Assembly (NCBI GenBank): GCA_030295235.1
Contig: AP026136.1
Coordinates: 186,001 to 250,000, forward strand
DNA from: Fistulifera solaris
Lineage: Eukaryota
Length of the DNA stretch: 64,000 bases
Direction of reading: 5' to 3'
The notes below the pieces were generated by a model. It searched no databases, had not been told where the DNA came from, and worked only from the letters and a program-made list of their open reading frames with translations. The position numbers and the translations under genes are program-made. Positions 63,777-64,000 of the stretch are shown here, one piece after another. The first letter of the stretch is position 1. Each line of letters starts with the position of its first letter.

Positions 63777-64000
63777 TTAGGCAGCGGCTTCAACGGCCGG
63801 AGCTGATTCCACTGGCGCAGCATCGGCAGCCTTCTTCGCTCCCTTCTTTGCTTTAGGAGCAGCAGCCTTCTTCTCCTTCGGAACAGCCTTGGCCTTTTTG
63901 GGAGCGGCAGCTTTTTTCGGGGCGGCCTCCTTCTTCGCAGCGGGGGCTTTCTTGGCTGCGGTTCCCTTCTTTGCCACTATCTTTTTCTGCTCGGCCTCGC
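63777..64000 (-). CDS. Lys/Ala/Pro-rich C-terminal tail, histone H1-like (5' part outside the window)
   Basis: Frame is open to the window edge (EAEQKKIVAKKG…AAPKKAAAPKK…); no globular domain visible. Confidence 0.6.
   Translation of the reverse strand, partial: EAEQKKIVAKKGTAAKKAPAAKKEAAPKKAAAPKKAKAVPKEKKAAAPKAKKGAKKAADAAPVESAPAVEAAA

Overview
Gene-dense eukaryotic nuclear DNA with short GT-AG introns, almost certainly from a diatom or other ochrophyte: chlP has an ASAF-type bipartite plastid presequence and HA-domain proteins are present. About 33 protein-coding genes can be supported, including LETM1, MetAP2, a USP4/15-like deubiquitinase, MsrA, chlP, CPR, a carotenoid oxygenase, ROK fructokinase, RanGAP, phytochelatin synthase, ORC6, PP2C, a TLDc protein and galactokinase. 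No rRNA, tRNA, CRISPR array or recognisable transposon was seen. Many genes carry single-base frameshifts, mostly at homopolymers, most likely long-read assembly errors; coordinates span the reconstructed genes. Family calls come from motifs recognised by eye, not database searches. The main finding is one gene (51173-56185) that appears to fuse a kinesin-4 motor and stalk to a PRC1/Ase1/MAP65 crosslinker module, two proteins that act as separate partners in the animal spindle midzone. Also notable: two tandem unknown genes share a C-terminal membrane tail (KASH-like candidate), one of them behind an MSA+CHR type G2/M promoter; a tandem pair of HA-repeat/Tudor-like proteins; and TGACGT (aureochrome-type) clusters upstream of plastid/pigment genes.
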